Source of the DNA: Planctomycetota bacterium
GTDB lineage: Bacteria; Planctomycetota; UBA1135; GCA-002748355
DNA length: 55,295 nucleotides
Assembly: GCA_024278315.1 (NCBI GenBank)
Contig: JAJRTL010000129.1
Coordinates: 1 to 55,295 of the forward strand
Direction: 5' to 3'
Shown here: positions 9,229-17,602 of the stretch, piece after piece
How positions within the stretch are numbered: the first letter of the stretch is position 1
Layout of the letters: the number at the start of each line of letters is the position of its first letter
Translations under genes and position numbers: made by a program
Notes under the pieces: generated by a model
Seen by the model: only the letters and a program-made list of their open reading frames with translations
What the model was told of the DNA's origin: nothing
Databases searched by the model: none

Positions 9229-12200
9229 CTAGATATGTTCCAGATGTGATTTCGGGCTGGCGATGGCTGTGGTTTTTCGAAGGATGCCGATCCAGGATCC
9301 TGCGAGATGGAGGATCTCGCAGTCGATCTCTTGGGCGTAGATGAAGGCCTCGATCCCCTGCATGACCGAGTCGATCCATGGGTATCGCTCTCGCTTGTCG
9401 GGAGAGAAGTCATGCCAGATCAGGTACCCACCCTCCCGCAGGAGGTCCCAGGTCTTCTGGCTATCCGAATAGACAGCAGCGCCATCATGGTTGGCGTCCA
9501 CGAATACGAGGCCGAGGTCTCGGATCTGGGGAGGCGGTGTCCAGTCCATCGTGTTGGCAAGGATCTGCTTGACGTTGGTGATGCCCCGGTCGCGGTAGTA
9601 GGAGCCGATCTCGGTCTCTTCGATCCTGTGCGTGATGTGCCGCTCGTGGTCCTGGATCTGCTCGGGCAGGGCGTTGATGGTGTAGACCGTGTCGCCTGGC
9701 CTCGCGTTGGTGGCCAGTTTGAATGCGCTCCGGCCGTGGGAAGTCCCCAGGTCGAGGACATCGCCCTCGACGTTGGCGGCCAGCCAGCAGAGCACTTCGG
9801 CATCACGTCGCTTGCGACCCTCGAGTTCGCACTCGTTCTCGGGGATGTCGATGTCGGGTTCCAGGATCCTGCCTTCGGCCTGGAAGCCCAAGTCGGCAGC
9901 CAGGCTCTCGATGCTCGGGTATTCGCGTACCCGGAGGGGACCTGAATTGCAGGATCGTGGTTCCTGGATCGTCGGCTGTGGTTGCAGAAGACCACGATCG
10001 AGCGTCGGTGTGGATACCCCCAGATGCTGGTCGATTCTGGCTAGAAGGGTTACTACCTGAGCCCGTTGCGCGTCGTCCTCGAGCCCTTCAATCGCTTGAC
10101 ACAGGTGGCTACGCGCACGATCGATCGCTTCTGGATCGGTGGCGAGGAGAAAGCCGAGGCGAACAGAGAACGCGGCTCGCTGAGCGCGGCGATCGCCAGG
10201 AATGGAGCGCAGGCGATTCTCCAGGAGCTGGATGGCCTGCTGCTCCTGTCCGATTCGGGACAGGGCCATCGTCAGCAGCAGAAGCTGCGAGTCGGGCATG
10301 GCCGCCGCGCCAACCACTGCTTCCTGAAGATGTCCTTGCAGGGGAGGTTTCTCGGAGTCGCGAACAGCCAGTCCCCCCTCGGCGGTCAGGGCGGCCATCG
10401 CGGGAACCAGAGGCGGTTGCTGATCGAAGGCCTTCCGGAACCGTTCCAGGAGATAGAGCAGGTGGGGGACTCGATCCTCGACCGTCTGGAGTGCATGACA
10501 GAGATCGAAGTGGAGCTCTTCGGCGAGGAGGCGGAATGCCGGTCGATTGCGATGTGGATCGTTCAAGGCCGTTCGTTCACTGCGCGCGAGCGCCTGCATG
10601 AGCCAATGCATCATGCCTTGGAGGTCACCCTTGCGTCGTGCTGCCGTGGCCAGACTGCGTTCGGCCTCGATGGCGGACCAACTGGGCAGGGAGTCGAGTG
10701 TGCTGTGCAGGGCTGTCTCGAAAGCGCTTTGTCCGGAGGCGCTGGAGGCGACGGTCGAAGGAGTGATGAGAGCTTGCACTTCCCGGATCCAGGAGTGCCG
10801 CCGCTCGCTGGCGCCTGGTAGTGGGCAGATCCACGGTGTGAGTGATGTGGTCCGTCCGTTCATCGGTGGGCCATCGACACAGACGCTTCGTTGTGAGAAG
10901 GCAGTTGTGCCTCCCTCTATCGGGAGTGCCTCTGCTTGGATCCACTGATCCCCAGCCGGCCCTCGGAGGTAGAGCGCTTCGCTCCTACCGATGAACTCGC
11001 TCCGATCAGATTCGCCGGAGACGAGCGTACACAGATGCGTGCCGATGAGATCCAAGTCCAGGTCCTCGGTGCAGGGCCTGCGTTGGATGCAGGTGCTCAC
11101 ACCACAGGCGAGTCCGCAGGAGCTCGGGCTCTGGATCGCCACGGATCGCCAGGACAGGGGTGGAGCCACCCGGATCCCGGAACCGGCATAGACACCCACG
11201 CTGGGGACATCGAAGGTGGATGCCAGATGTAGCGGACCCGAATCGGGACCGACGTGGAGGGATGCCCCCTCGATCAGGGCGGCACTGACCTGGGCTTCGA
11301 GTTGACCGCAGAGGTCGATCACGGAAGAGGATCCGATGCCCTCACCGGGTCCGCCGATCTGGAGGATCTCGAGAGGGGTTTCATTCTTGATCTTGCGGGC
11401 GATCTGGTCAGCGAGTTCGGGAGAGATGTCCTTGTTGGACCATCCTGCCTTGCGGTGAAGGATGGCGTATGCACCATTGATCGCATGTGAGTCCAGGATG
11501 TATCGCGCTTCCTGCCGGGTCGATTCGGACAGGAAGACCCGGGGACGAAGTTCGGCGGCTTGCGGAACGCCTGCCAGCTCCGCGTAGAACTCCTGCAGCG
11601 AGCGCCCGCTCTGGTGGTAGGTCGCCTGGTCGAGTCTGTCGCTCAAGAAGATGAGTCGATCGAAGGCGGTTGTCTCCGTCGACTGCAGGTAGTGATGGAG
11701 GATGGCGTCCTCATGAAGCGCGAAGTCCTCGTCGTCGACATCCTGGACCAGGACCAGATCCGAGACATGGGGGTGGTTCTCGAAGATCCAGCCATAGCGC
11801 TGCTCGGTCAAGACGGTGATCTGGCAAGCAGGGTCCCGCGCCTCGAGTGCCTCGAGGATGGGGGTCGCCAACACGCAGTCACCCAGGGTTCGCAGCAGAG
11901 TGACGAGGATGCGTTCACCCTCGAAGGTGGATCGGCTTGGGCGGGAAAGGAGGCTCCGGTCGAAGCACAGTGGCGAGAGCTTGATCGTGGACAGTGTCTG
12001 CGATCCCCATCCTTCGTGGAGGATCTGTGCTCGATCCACGCGGAGAGCGAGTCGGCCTGTGGCTTCGACCTCGAGGATACGGCTTTGCAGGTAGAGACGG
12101 GTCTGGAAGGGAGTCTGCTCGGTGTCCGCCAGTAGATGCGCGTCCGCCCGAAGAAGGAGACAGACCGGGGTTTGCTCATCCTTTGGCCGGCCGCTGCTAT

Positions 12201-13614
12201 CGAGCACTGCTGGCGAGGCTACCGTGGCTCCAAACTCTGTGGCTTGCTCCAGGAGCGTGCGGAGCGCGGAGCCTTGGACGAAGCTGCTCCCATCCAGGAT
12301 GCAGGTCCATGTGCCTTGGGCCATGCCTTGGAGTCGGGTCAAGCGACGAGGCCATGTGGCTGGAGACCGGTCTTCGATGATGTGGATCTCGGTGTTCCGG
12401 GCCGCGAGGTCACGTAGTCCAGCGCGTCCATCGCTGTCTGCGGCGGAGCGATCGAGGACGAGGATCTCATGGGCGATGCCCTGGAGACTCGCGTGAGCCG
12501 TTTCGATGCAGGCCACGAGCGCACGTGCATCCTCTCTAGGTTCGAGACTGGCGGGGCCTGGGATCAGGACAGAGACGAGCGGTTTGGGACCTTGTTCGCG
12601 TTGCACGAAGAATGAGCGACCGGCCTTCTTCTCGGCAATGAGCTCGAAACTGTCCTCACTCTCCCGGCGCTCCGATGCCAGCAGATCCATGTGGCCCAGG
12701 TCTCGAAGGAAGCCTTCTACGTCTTCTGGTACGTAGTCGTCCTTGTGTCCCGGATTGCATCCAGGTGTGCCGACGTTCGGGTAATGGTCCTTGAGCGGAA
12801 GGTAGAGGCAGAGGCGTCCTCCGACGCGCAGGATGCGCGTCCACTCTTCCAATGCCTGATGCGGGTGCCAAAGATCCTCGAGGCAATGCGAGGAGTACAC
12901 CGTGTCGAAGTGCTGATCCTCGAAGAACCAGAGATCCCTGGCGTCCCCGATCCAGTCACTCTCGTCGTACTGGAAGAAGTCGACTCCAATGGCCTGTGGC
13001 AGAATCTTGCAGCCCCCGTGTCCGATGTCCGCGAGGCGTCCCCGCAGGTGGGGCAGCATGCGGGTACGGCAAGCAGAAGACTCGCTCAGGTCCTCGTGGA
13101 GAATACCTGGAGCCATCCGTTGCACGGCCTCGAAGAGGCGGCGCAAAGGGAGCTCGCGTCGGTAGGCAGTATGGGAGAAGACGGCTTGGAACAGCCCTGG
13201 CTCGAAGAGTGCCGATTCGGGAGGAAGACCGGTGCCCGGTGCCAGCTCGTCGCGGCCCCTGAGTGCACTGCAATCGGGACGGCCGTCTGCCACCCATATC
13301 GTCGGGATGCCGAGGCGAGCCGCATCCGCAAGCCAGTGGCGTTCGGTGGTGATGAACAGGCCTGCTCCCTGGAGGGCATCCAAGACAGGTTGGCGCTGAC
13401 CGTCACTCTGAAGCGTCATGCAGCGGCCTACCGGATGGCTGCGACCCTTCTCGATCTGCAGGACAGGTAGTTTCGACTGCCAGGCCAGGACCCACCAACC
13501 CTGGAAGCAGGATCCAACGGGGGCCTGGGCGGACTCGGTTTCGAGAACGAGATAGGGGCGAAGCTCGCTAGGAAGAGGGGCTTCCACCGGGAGATCGCGG
13601 GGGGATTCGTGCAT
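9229..13614 (-). CDS. Giant multidomain glycan-modifying protein (SAM methyltransferase - degenerate GT2 - GT9 - TPR-like - Methyltransf_24-like), ~1461 aa
   Basis: ATG 13614 with GGAG RBS. MT1 motifs ADIGHGG and FDTVYSSHCLED; GT9 motifs LRTLGDCVLATP and VGPDSGPLHLA; MT2 motifs LDLGTSHG, FVDANH and GGYLIWHD. Confidence 0.82.
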   Translation of the reverse strand: MHESPRDLPVEAPLPSELRPYLVLETESAQAPVGSCFQGWWVLAWQSKLPVLQIEKGRSHPVGRCMTLQSDGQRQPVLDALQGAGLFITTERHWLADAARLGIPTIWVADGRPDCSALRGRDELAPGTGLPPESALFEPGLFQAVFSHTAYRRELPLRRLFEAVQRMAPGILHEDLSESSACRTRMLPHLRGRLADIGHGGCKILPQAIGVDFFQYDESDWIGDARDLWFFEDQHFDTVYSSHCLEDLWHPHQALEEWTRILRVGGRLCLYLPLKDHYPNVGTPGCNPGHKDDYVPEDVEGFLRDLGHMDLLASERRESEDSFELIAEKKAGRSFFVQREQGPKPLVSVLIPGPASLEPREDARALVACIETAHASLQGIAHEILVLDRSAADSDGRAGLRDLAARNTEIHIIEDRSPATWPRRLTRLQGMAQGTWTCILDGSSFVQGSALRTLLEQATEFGATVASPAVLDSSGRPKDEQTPVCLLLRADAHLLADTEQTPFQTRLYLQSRILEVEATGRLALRVDRAQILHEGWGSQTLSTIKLSPLCFDRSLLSRPSRSTFEGERILVTLLRTLGDCVLATPILEALEARDPACQITVLTEQRYGWIFENHPHVSDLVLVQDVDDEDFALHEDAILHHYLQSTETTAFDRLIFLSDRLDQATYHQSGRSLQEFYAELAGVPQAAELRPRVFLSESTRQEARYILDSHAINGAYAILHRKAGWSNKDISPELADQIARKIKNETPLEILQIGGPGEGIGSSSVIDLCGQLEAQVSAALIEGASLHVGPDSGPLHLASTFDVPSVGVYAGSGIRVAPPLSWRSVAIQSPSSCGLACGVSTCIQRRPCTEDLDLDLIGTHLCTLVSGESDRSEFIGRSEALYLRGPAGDQWIQAEALPIEGGTTAFSQRSVCVDGPPMNGRTTSLTPWICPLPGASERRHSWIREVQALITPSTVASSASGQSAFETALHSTLDSLPSWSAIEAERSLATAARRKGDLQGMMHWLMQALARSERTALNDPHRNRPAFRLLAEELHFDLCHALQTVEDRVPHLLYLLERFRKAFDQQPPLVPAMAALTAEGGLAVRDSEKPPLQGHLQEAVVGAAAMPDSQLLLLTMALSRIGQEQQAIQLLENRLRSIPGDRRAQRAAFSVRLGFLLATDPEAIDRARSHLCQAIEGLEDDAQRAQVVTLLARIDQHLGVSTPTLDRGLLQPQPTIQEPRSCNSGPLRVREYPSIESLAADLGFQAEGRILEPDIDIPENECELEGRKRRDAEVLCWLAANVEGDVLDLGTSHGRSAFKLATNARPGDTVYTINALPEQIQDHERHITHRIEETEIGSYYRDRGITNVKQILANTMDWTPPPQIRDLGLVFVDANHDGAAVYSDSQKTWDLLREGGYLIWHDFSPDKRERYPWIDSVMQGIEAFIYAQEIDCEILHLAGSWIGILRKTTAIASPKSHLEHI

Positions 13615-13688
13615 AACGGTACTCCGTCCACCTGATCGGCAATCCGGGAGCGCAGCTGAAGCCTCCTTGGCAAGAGGCTTTTCTGTTC

Positions 13689-14663
13689 TCAGACCGGGGC
13701 AGCCAGCGGCTCGAGGCAGTCCAGGAAGAGTTGGCGGTAGTGCTCCGCCTGGTGGGCCCAGGACCACGTTTGGATCTTCTCCAGGTTGGCCAGGGACATG
13801 CGGGCACGGAGAACCGGATCCTCGCCGAGGCGGCGGAGAGCGGCTTGGATGGACTCCAGGCGTCGCTCGATGAAGAAACCATGGACTCCATCCTCGAGAT
13901 ACTCCGGCATGTTGCCCACCGGGGTCGTCACGATCGGGAGGCCACAAGCTGCAGCCTCGAGACAGGGGTTGGGTGTGCCTTCGCAGCGACTGGCGCAGAT
14001 GTAGACATCCAGGTCCTGATACCAATCCCGCATCTCGTCTGCGTTCTTCTGCCCTTCTTCCTTGATGGCGGGCAAGAATTCGACTTCCGCAAGATCGTTG
14101 CAGGCCTCTTGGATGAGATCGAAACCCCGAAGCTCGCGTCCGAAGTTGTCGAGGCTCCCCGCCCATCCTACGCGTAGCGGGCCAGGGCGCCGCACCAGGT
14201 TCGACGGACGATAGAAATCCACATCCACACCATTGGGGGTATAGAACAGCGGTTTGCCGAAGACACCTCGCCACTCCTGTTGCAGCATCCGATTGTGGAC
14301 GAAGATCCCTCGACCATACCTTCGCAGGAGGTCGATGCCCTGCTGCCCCTTGTCTCCTTCGAGCTCCACGTGGGAGCAGATTCCAAGCACGAGTTTGTCA
14401 CGGTTGCGCTCCATGGCCGCCACGATCTCGGGAGAGCCAGCTAGCTGCATCCAGTACCAGACGACGATGAGATCCGCTTCGTCGAAGTCCTGAGGGCGTA
14501 GATCAGGGTGGTATCGCTTGGTGATCGAGAATTCCTGACCGAGGTGATCGACCAGGGCCTGGCTCTTCCTGTCGTGAGCCCACCCCGGCGTGTCAACGAT
14601 GATGAGGATGCGGCCTGAGATCTTTTGATTCATGACGGCTACGCCCAACTTCAGAGTGGACAT
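13689..14663 (-). CDS. Glycosyltransferase family 4
   Basis: PNGVD, VGWAG and DVYICASRCEGTPNPCLEAAACGLP (E-x7-E). Start may be ATG 14633. Confidence 0.9.
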   Translation of the reverse strand: MSTLKLGVAVMNQKISGRILIIVDTPGWAHDRKSQALVDHLGQEFSITKRYHPDLRPQDFDEADLIVVWYWMQLAGSPEIVAAMERNRDKLVLGICSHVELEGDKGQQGIDLLRRYGRGIFVHNRMLQQEWRGVFGKPLFYTPNGVDVDFYRPSNLVRRPGPLRVGWAGSLDNFGRELRGFDLIQEACNDLAEVEFLPAIKEEGQKNADEMRDWYQDLDVYICASRCEGTPNPCLEAAACGLPIVTTPVGNMPEYLEDGVHGFFIERRLESIQAALRRLGEDPVLRARMSLANLEKIQTWSWAHQAEHYRQLFLDCLEPLAAPV

Positions 14664-17485
14664 AGCACGTGGTCTCGTCTGTGCGCGGAGAGGACCAGGT
14701 TCTTATCGAAGCAGGAGGGACGGGAGCGATCCTGGAGATCGAAGATCTGTTCGTGAAAGGCTCGGCTCCTCTCCAGTTTCAAGCTGAGTGGATGGCCCTC
14801 TGGCCATCTAGGGAGAGCAAGTTCCACGTCCTCGAATCCTGCGTGGCTCAGGAGCTGGCGCAGGCTCTGCTCCGTGAAGCCCAATCTATGTGTCAGATCC
14901 ATGTATCGACTGTAGATACCGAAGAGATTGGCCATGTTGGGCGTGCGAAGGATGACTCGCCCACCCTCGTCGAGTCTCGCGTGGATCAAGGACAGAATCT
15001 CATGGGCCTCTTCCAGTGTGAAGTGCTCGATGAAATCGAAAGCCACGATCAGATCGAACTTCTCCTCTGAACTCTTCAGGTAGTCGAGTGCATCGGCGAG
15101 AATCAGACGGCTGACTCGCCCGCGAAGGTAGTCCTTGGCTTGGGAGTGGATCTGGGCATCGATCTCTACGCCGCAGAAGTTCTTGAATCCCATCTCATGA
15201 ATCCAGCGGAGAAGGTGTCCGAAGCCGCAACCGAGCTCCAGGCCTCTCGCTGTGCGATCCGCGGGCAGGAGTGCAGCGATCTCGGCCTCATAGTAGTAGC
15301 TCGCTGCCTGGTAGGTGGATTCGCTGACGGCGGCTGAGTTCACACGAGATAAATGTGTGGCGTAGTCGGATTTGAGACTTGCCTGCAGAGACCCCGGGGA
15401 ATTCCCGGGTGGGGGCGAGACCTCTGTCCTGGCCGCCGATTGTGGCCAGATCTCAAGTCGATGAAGCGCGGTCTTGAGTACTTCCGTCCAGCCTTGGACA
15501 ACCTGATCCCAGGATCGATTTGTGCTCGTGGTTCTTGCATTCATTTGTCCCTGCTGCCGGACCCATTCATGGTTCTGGATGCACCAGTCCATGGCGGAGC
15601 GGAAGGCTCTTGGATCGCGTTCCGCAATGATCCCGTTTTGTCCATGCTGGACGAGTTCAGGGACGATTCCGACTGCAGTGCAAATGGGGAAGCACCCACT
15701 TGCCATCGCTTCCAAGAGAGGCAGAGGTCCACCTTCTGCCGTGGAAGCAATGCAAAGGACATCGATGTTCGCATAGAAGGCTGGCATCTGGGCCGGATCA
15801 AGGTCTCCCCCCGCGATGCTGAGTTCAAGGTCCTGGCCGCAAGCTTTCAGGATGATGTCCTGCAGGCCTTTGCATGCATCGTTCTGGTTGCCAGAGAAGC
15901 CGAATCGCAATGCGCCAGAACGCGCCTCTCCTGGGCTGAAGTTTCTCGGATCGACTCCCTGCATGATTCTGAGGCAAGGTCTATGTGGGGCGATTGCATC
16001 GACCAGTTCCTGGGAGATAGCGCAGACCGTCCCTGCATCGTCGAGATGCCTGCGGACGAAGGCGGCTGCTTCGAGAGGACCCCACTCAGCATCGAACCGC
16101 CAACGATGACTCGAAACCTGCTTGATGATCCGGTCTCGGTCGATTCCGAACTGGTGATGCCAGGTCTCACCCCAGAAGCAAACCCAGAGAAGATCGAACT
16201 CTCGTTGGGATAGATCCGGTTCGTCGATCACGTAGCAGATCTCGATCTGGTAGTCCGCAGCGAGGGCTCGGGCGATGTTCTGCGCCTCGATGTCGTAGGC
16301 CCATCCTGGCCGATCAGCGAGGAAGAGGACTCGCGGTCGATCTTGAACGTCCACCCGCTCTTCCATCTTGACTGCTTGCGGGATCCTCACCGGATCTGAT
16401 GGATGTCCTTTCTCGCGGACACCCTCTTCGATCTTGGTGAGGAGGTACGTCCAATGTCGCTCTTCAGTGAAGTCCCGAGTGACCCGCTCGTATCCTCGTG
16501 CTGCGATCTCACGACGCTCCTCGTCGTGGGACAGGTAGTAGTGGGTCTTCTCAATGCATTCTTCAAGTGTGTCGAACCCCACAACTTCTCGATCCAGTTC
16601 GAGAATCCGGCCCAGATGATCCTTGTTGTCACAGATCTGGAGAACCCCATAGGCAGGGAGCATATACATGCGTGAGTTGCAAGGACCTGTGGAGTGATGG
16701 AAGTTCCATCCTATCTTCGTGTCTCGGTAGGTCCGACGGATTTCGGTATCGGTGGCGAATCCTCCTGGCCATCCCTTGCCTCTGAGATTTGCTTGAGGGA
16801 ACTCGCGTTGAAGTCGTTCGAGGCGTTGCGCCCGATCGCTGAGGCCGTGGATGCGTTCGCAGAACATGGAAATGTCACGTCCACGTTGACCCTCGAGAAT
16901 GGTTCTTACGCTGATGTCCAGATTCTGATGGTCTGGTCGGAGAGGGTGGAATATCCAATCCACGCGATTGGCTCCCCAAGTCGAGTAGTCCTCGATGCTG
17001 GCCACATTGAGCGGGAAGCAGTGGTCGAAACTTGAAGCGATGGGCTGACTGAGACGATGCGAACTTTCAGGATCATCTCCACAGATGAAGAGGGAGTATG
17101 CAGGAAACTGTTCGAGTAGACCGGGGTGGACCATCGACCCGCCGGCAGACATCAACACATCGCTCTCGGAGAGCAAGTCCGCAAGAACCTCATAGCGAGA
17201 CATGAGCTCGGGCGACTGGGTTTGCCAGGCTTCGTCAAGCTTGGGAAAGTCCCACCATCCTTCCGGGCAGGGAAAGCCGTAGCTTTGGATGTCGTATCCC
17301 AGGCCTCGAATCTGTGAGACGTAACGTTCTTCGACCAGCATCCTGCTCGAATCATATGCTGGATAGACCCACAGGTACCTGAGGCCACGCATCCATTGGG
17401 GCACCTCGAGTTCTGCTATTCCGTGTGCGAGACCTTGATTCTGCATGCCAAACTCCGTGACTTCTCTTGCTTGCGCCTCCTTCAT
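14651..17485 (-). CDS. Tri-domain CgeB-like glycosyltransferase (Glyco_trans_1_2) - GT4 - class I SAM methyltransferase
   Basis: NSRMY...YYLSHDEERREIAARG; ASTAEGGPLPLLEAMASG; LELGCGFG...FDFIEH...GGRVILRTPN. Confidence 0.87.
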   Translation of the reverse strand: MKEAQAREVTEFGMQNQGLAHGIAELEVPQWMRGLRYLWVYPAYDSSRMLVEERYVSQIRGLGYDIQSYGFPCPEGWWDFPKLDEAWQTQSPELMSRYEVLADLLSESDVLMSAGGSMVHPGLLEQFPAYSLFICGDDPESSHRLSQPIASSFDHCFPLNVASIEDYSTWGANRVDWIFHPLRPDHQNLDISVRTILEGQRGRDISMFCERIHGLSDRAQRLERLQREFPQANLRGKGWPGGFATDTEIRRTYRDTKIGWNFHHSTGPCNSRMYMLPAYGVLQICDNKDHLGRILELDREVVGFDTLEECIEKTHYYLSHDEERREIAARGYERVTRDFTEERHWTYLLTKIEEGVREKGHPSDPVRIPQAVKMEERVDVQDRPRVLFLADRPGWAYDIEAQNIARALAADYQIEICYVIDEPDLSQREFDLLWVCFWGETWHHQFGIDRDRIIKQVSSHRWRFDAEWGPLEAAAFVRRHLDDAGTVCAISQELVDAIAPHRPCLRIMQGVDPRNFSPGEARSGALRFGFSGNQNDACKGLQDIILKACGQDLELSIAGGDLDPAQMPAFYANIDVLCIASTAEGGPLPLLEAMASGCFPICTAVGIVPELVQHGQNGIIAERDPRAFRSAMDWCIQNHEWVRQQGQMNARTTSTNRSWDQVVQGWTEVLKTALHRLEIWPQSAARTEVSPPPGNSPGSLQASLKSDYATHLSRVNSAAVSESTYQAASYYYEAEIAALLPADRTARGLELGCGFGHLLRWIHEMGFKNFCGVEIDAQIHSQAKDYLRGRVSRLILADALDYLKSSEEKFDLIVAFDFIEHFTLEEAHEILSLIHARLDEGGRVILRTPNMANLFGIYSRYMDLTHRLGFTEQSLRQLLSHAGFEDVELALPRWPEGHPLSLKLERSRAFHEQIFDLQDRSRPSCFDKNLVLSAHRRDHVLCPL

Positions 17486-17602
17486 CGGCGGTCGAATGTC
17501 GGGTTCTTTAGGGAGAGCTCTTGAGGATGGGGGGCGGAATCGTCGATGAGAGGGGGACGTTCGTCCCTACCCTCCCCATGGCCGCAGTAAGGAAGCCGCT
17601 CG

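Noticed and set aside
13615-14274. N-terminal 220 aa of the 1681-aa ORF 9229..14274
   Set aside because: It overlaps the clear GT4 gene in another frame; ATG 13614 has an RBS and is the better start.
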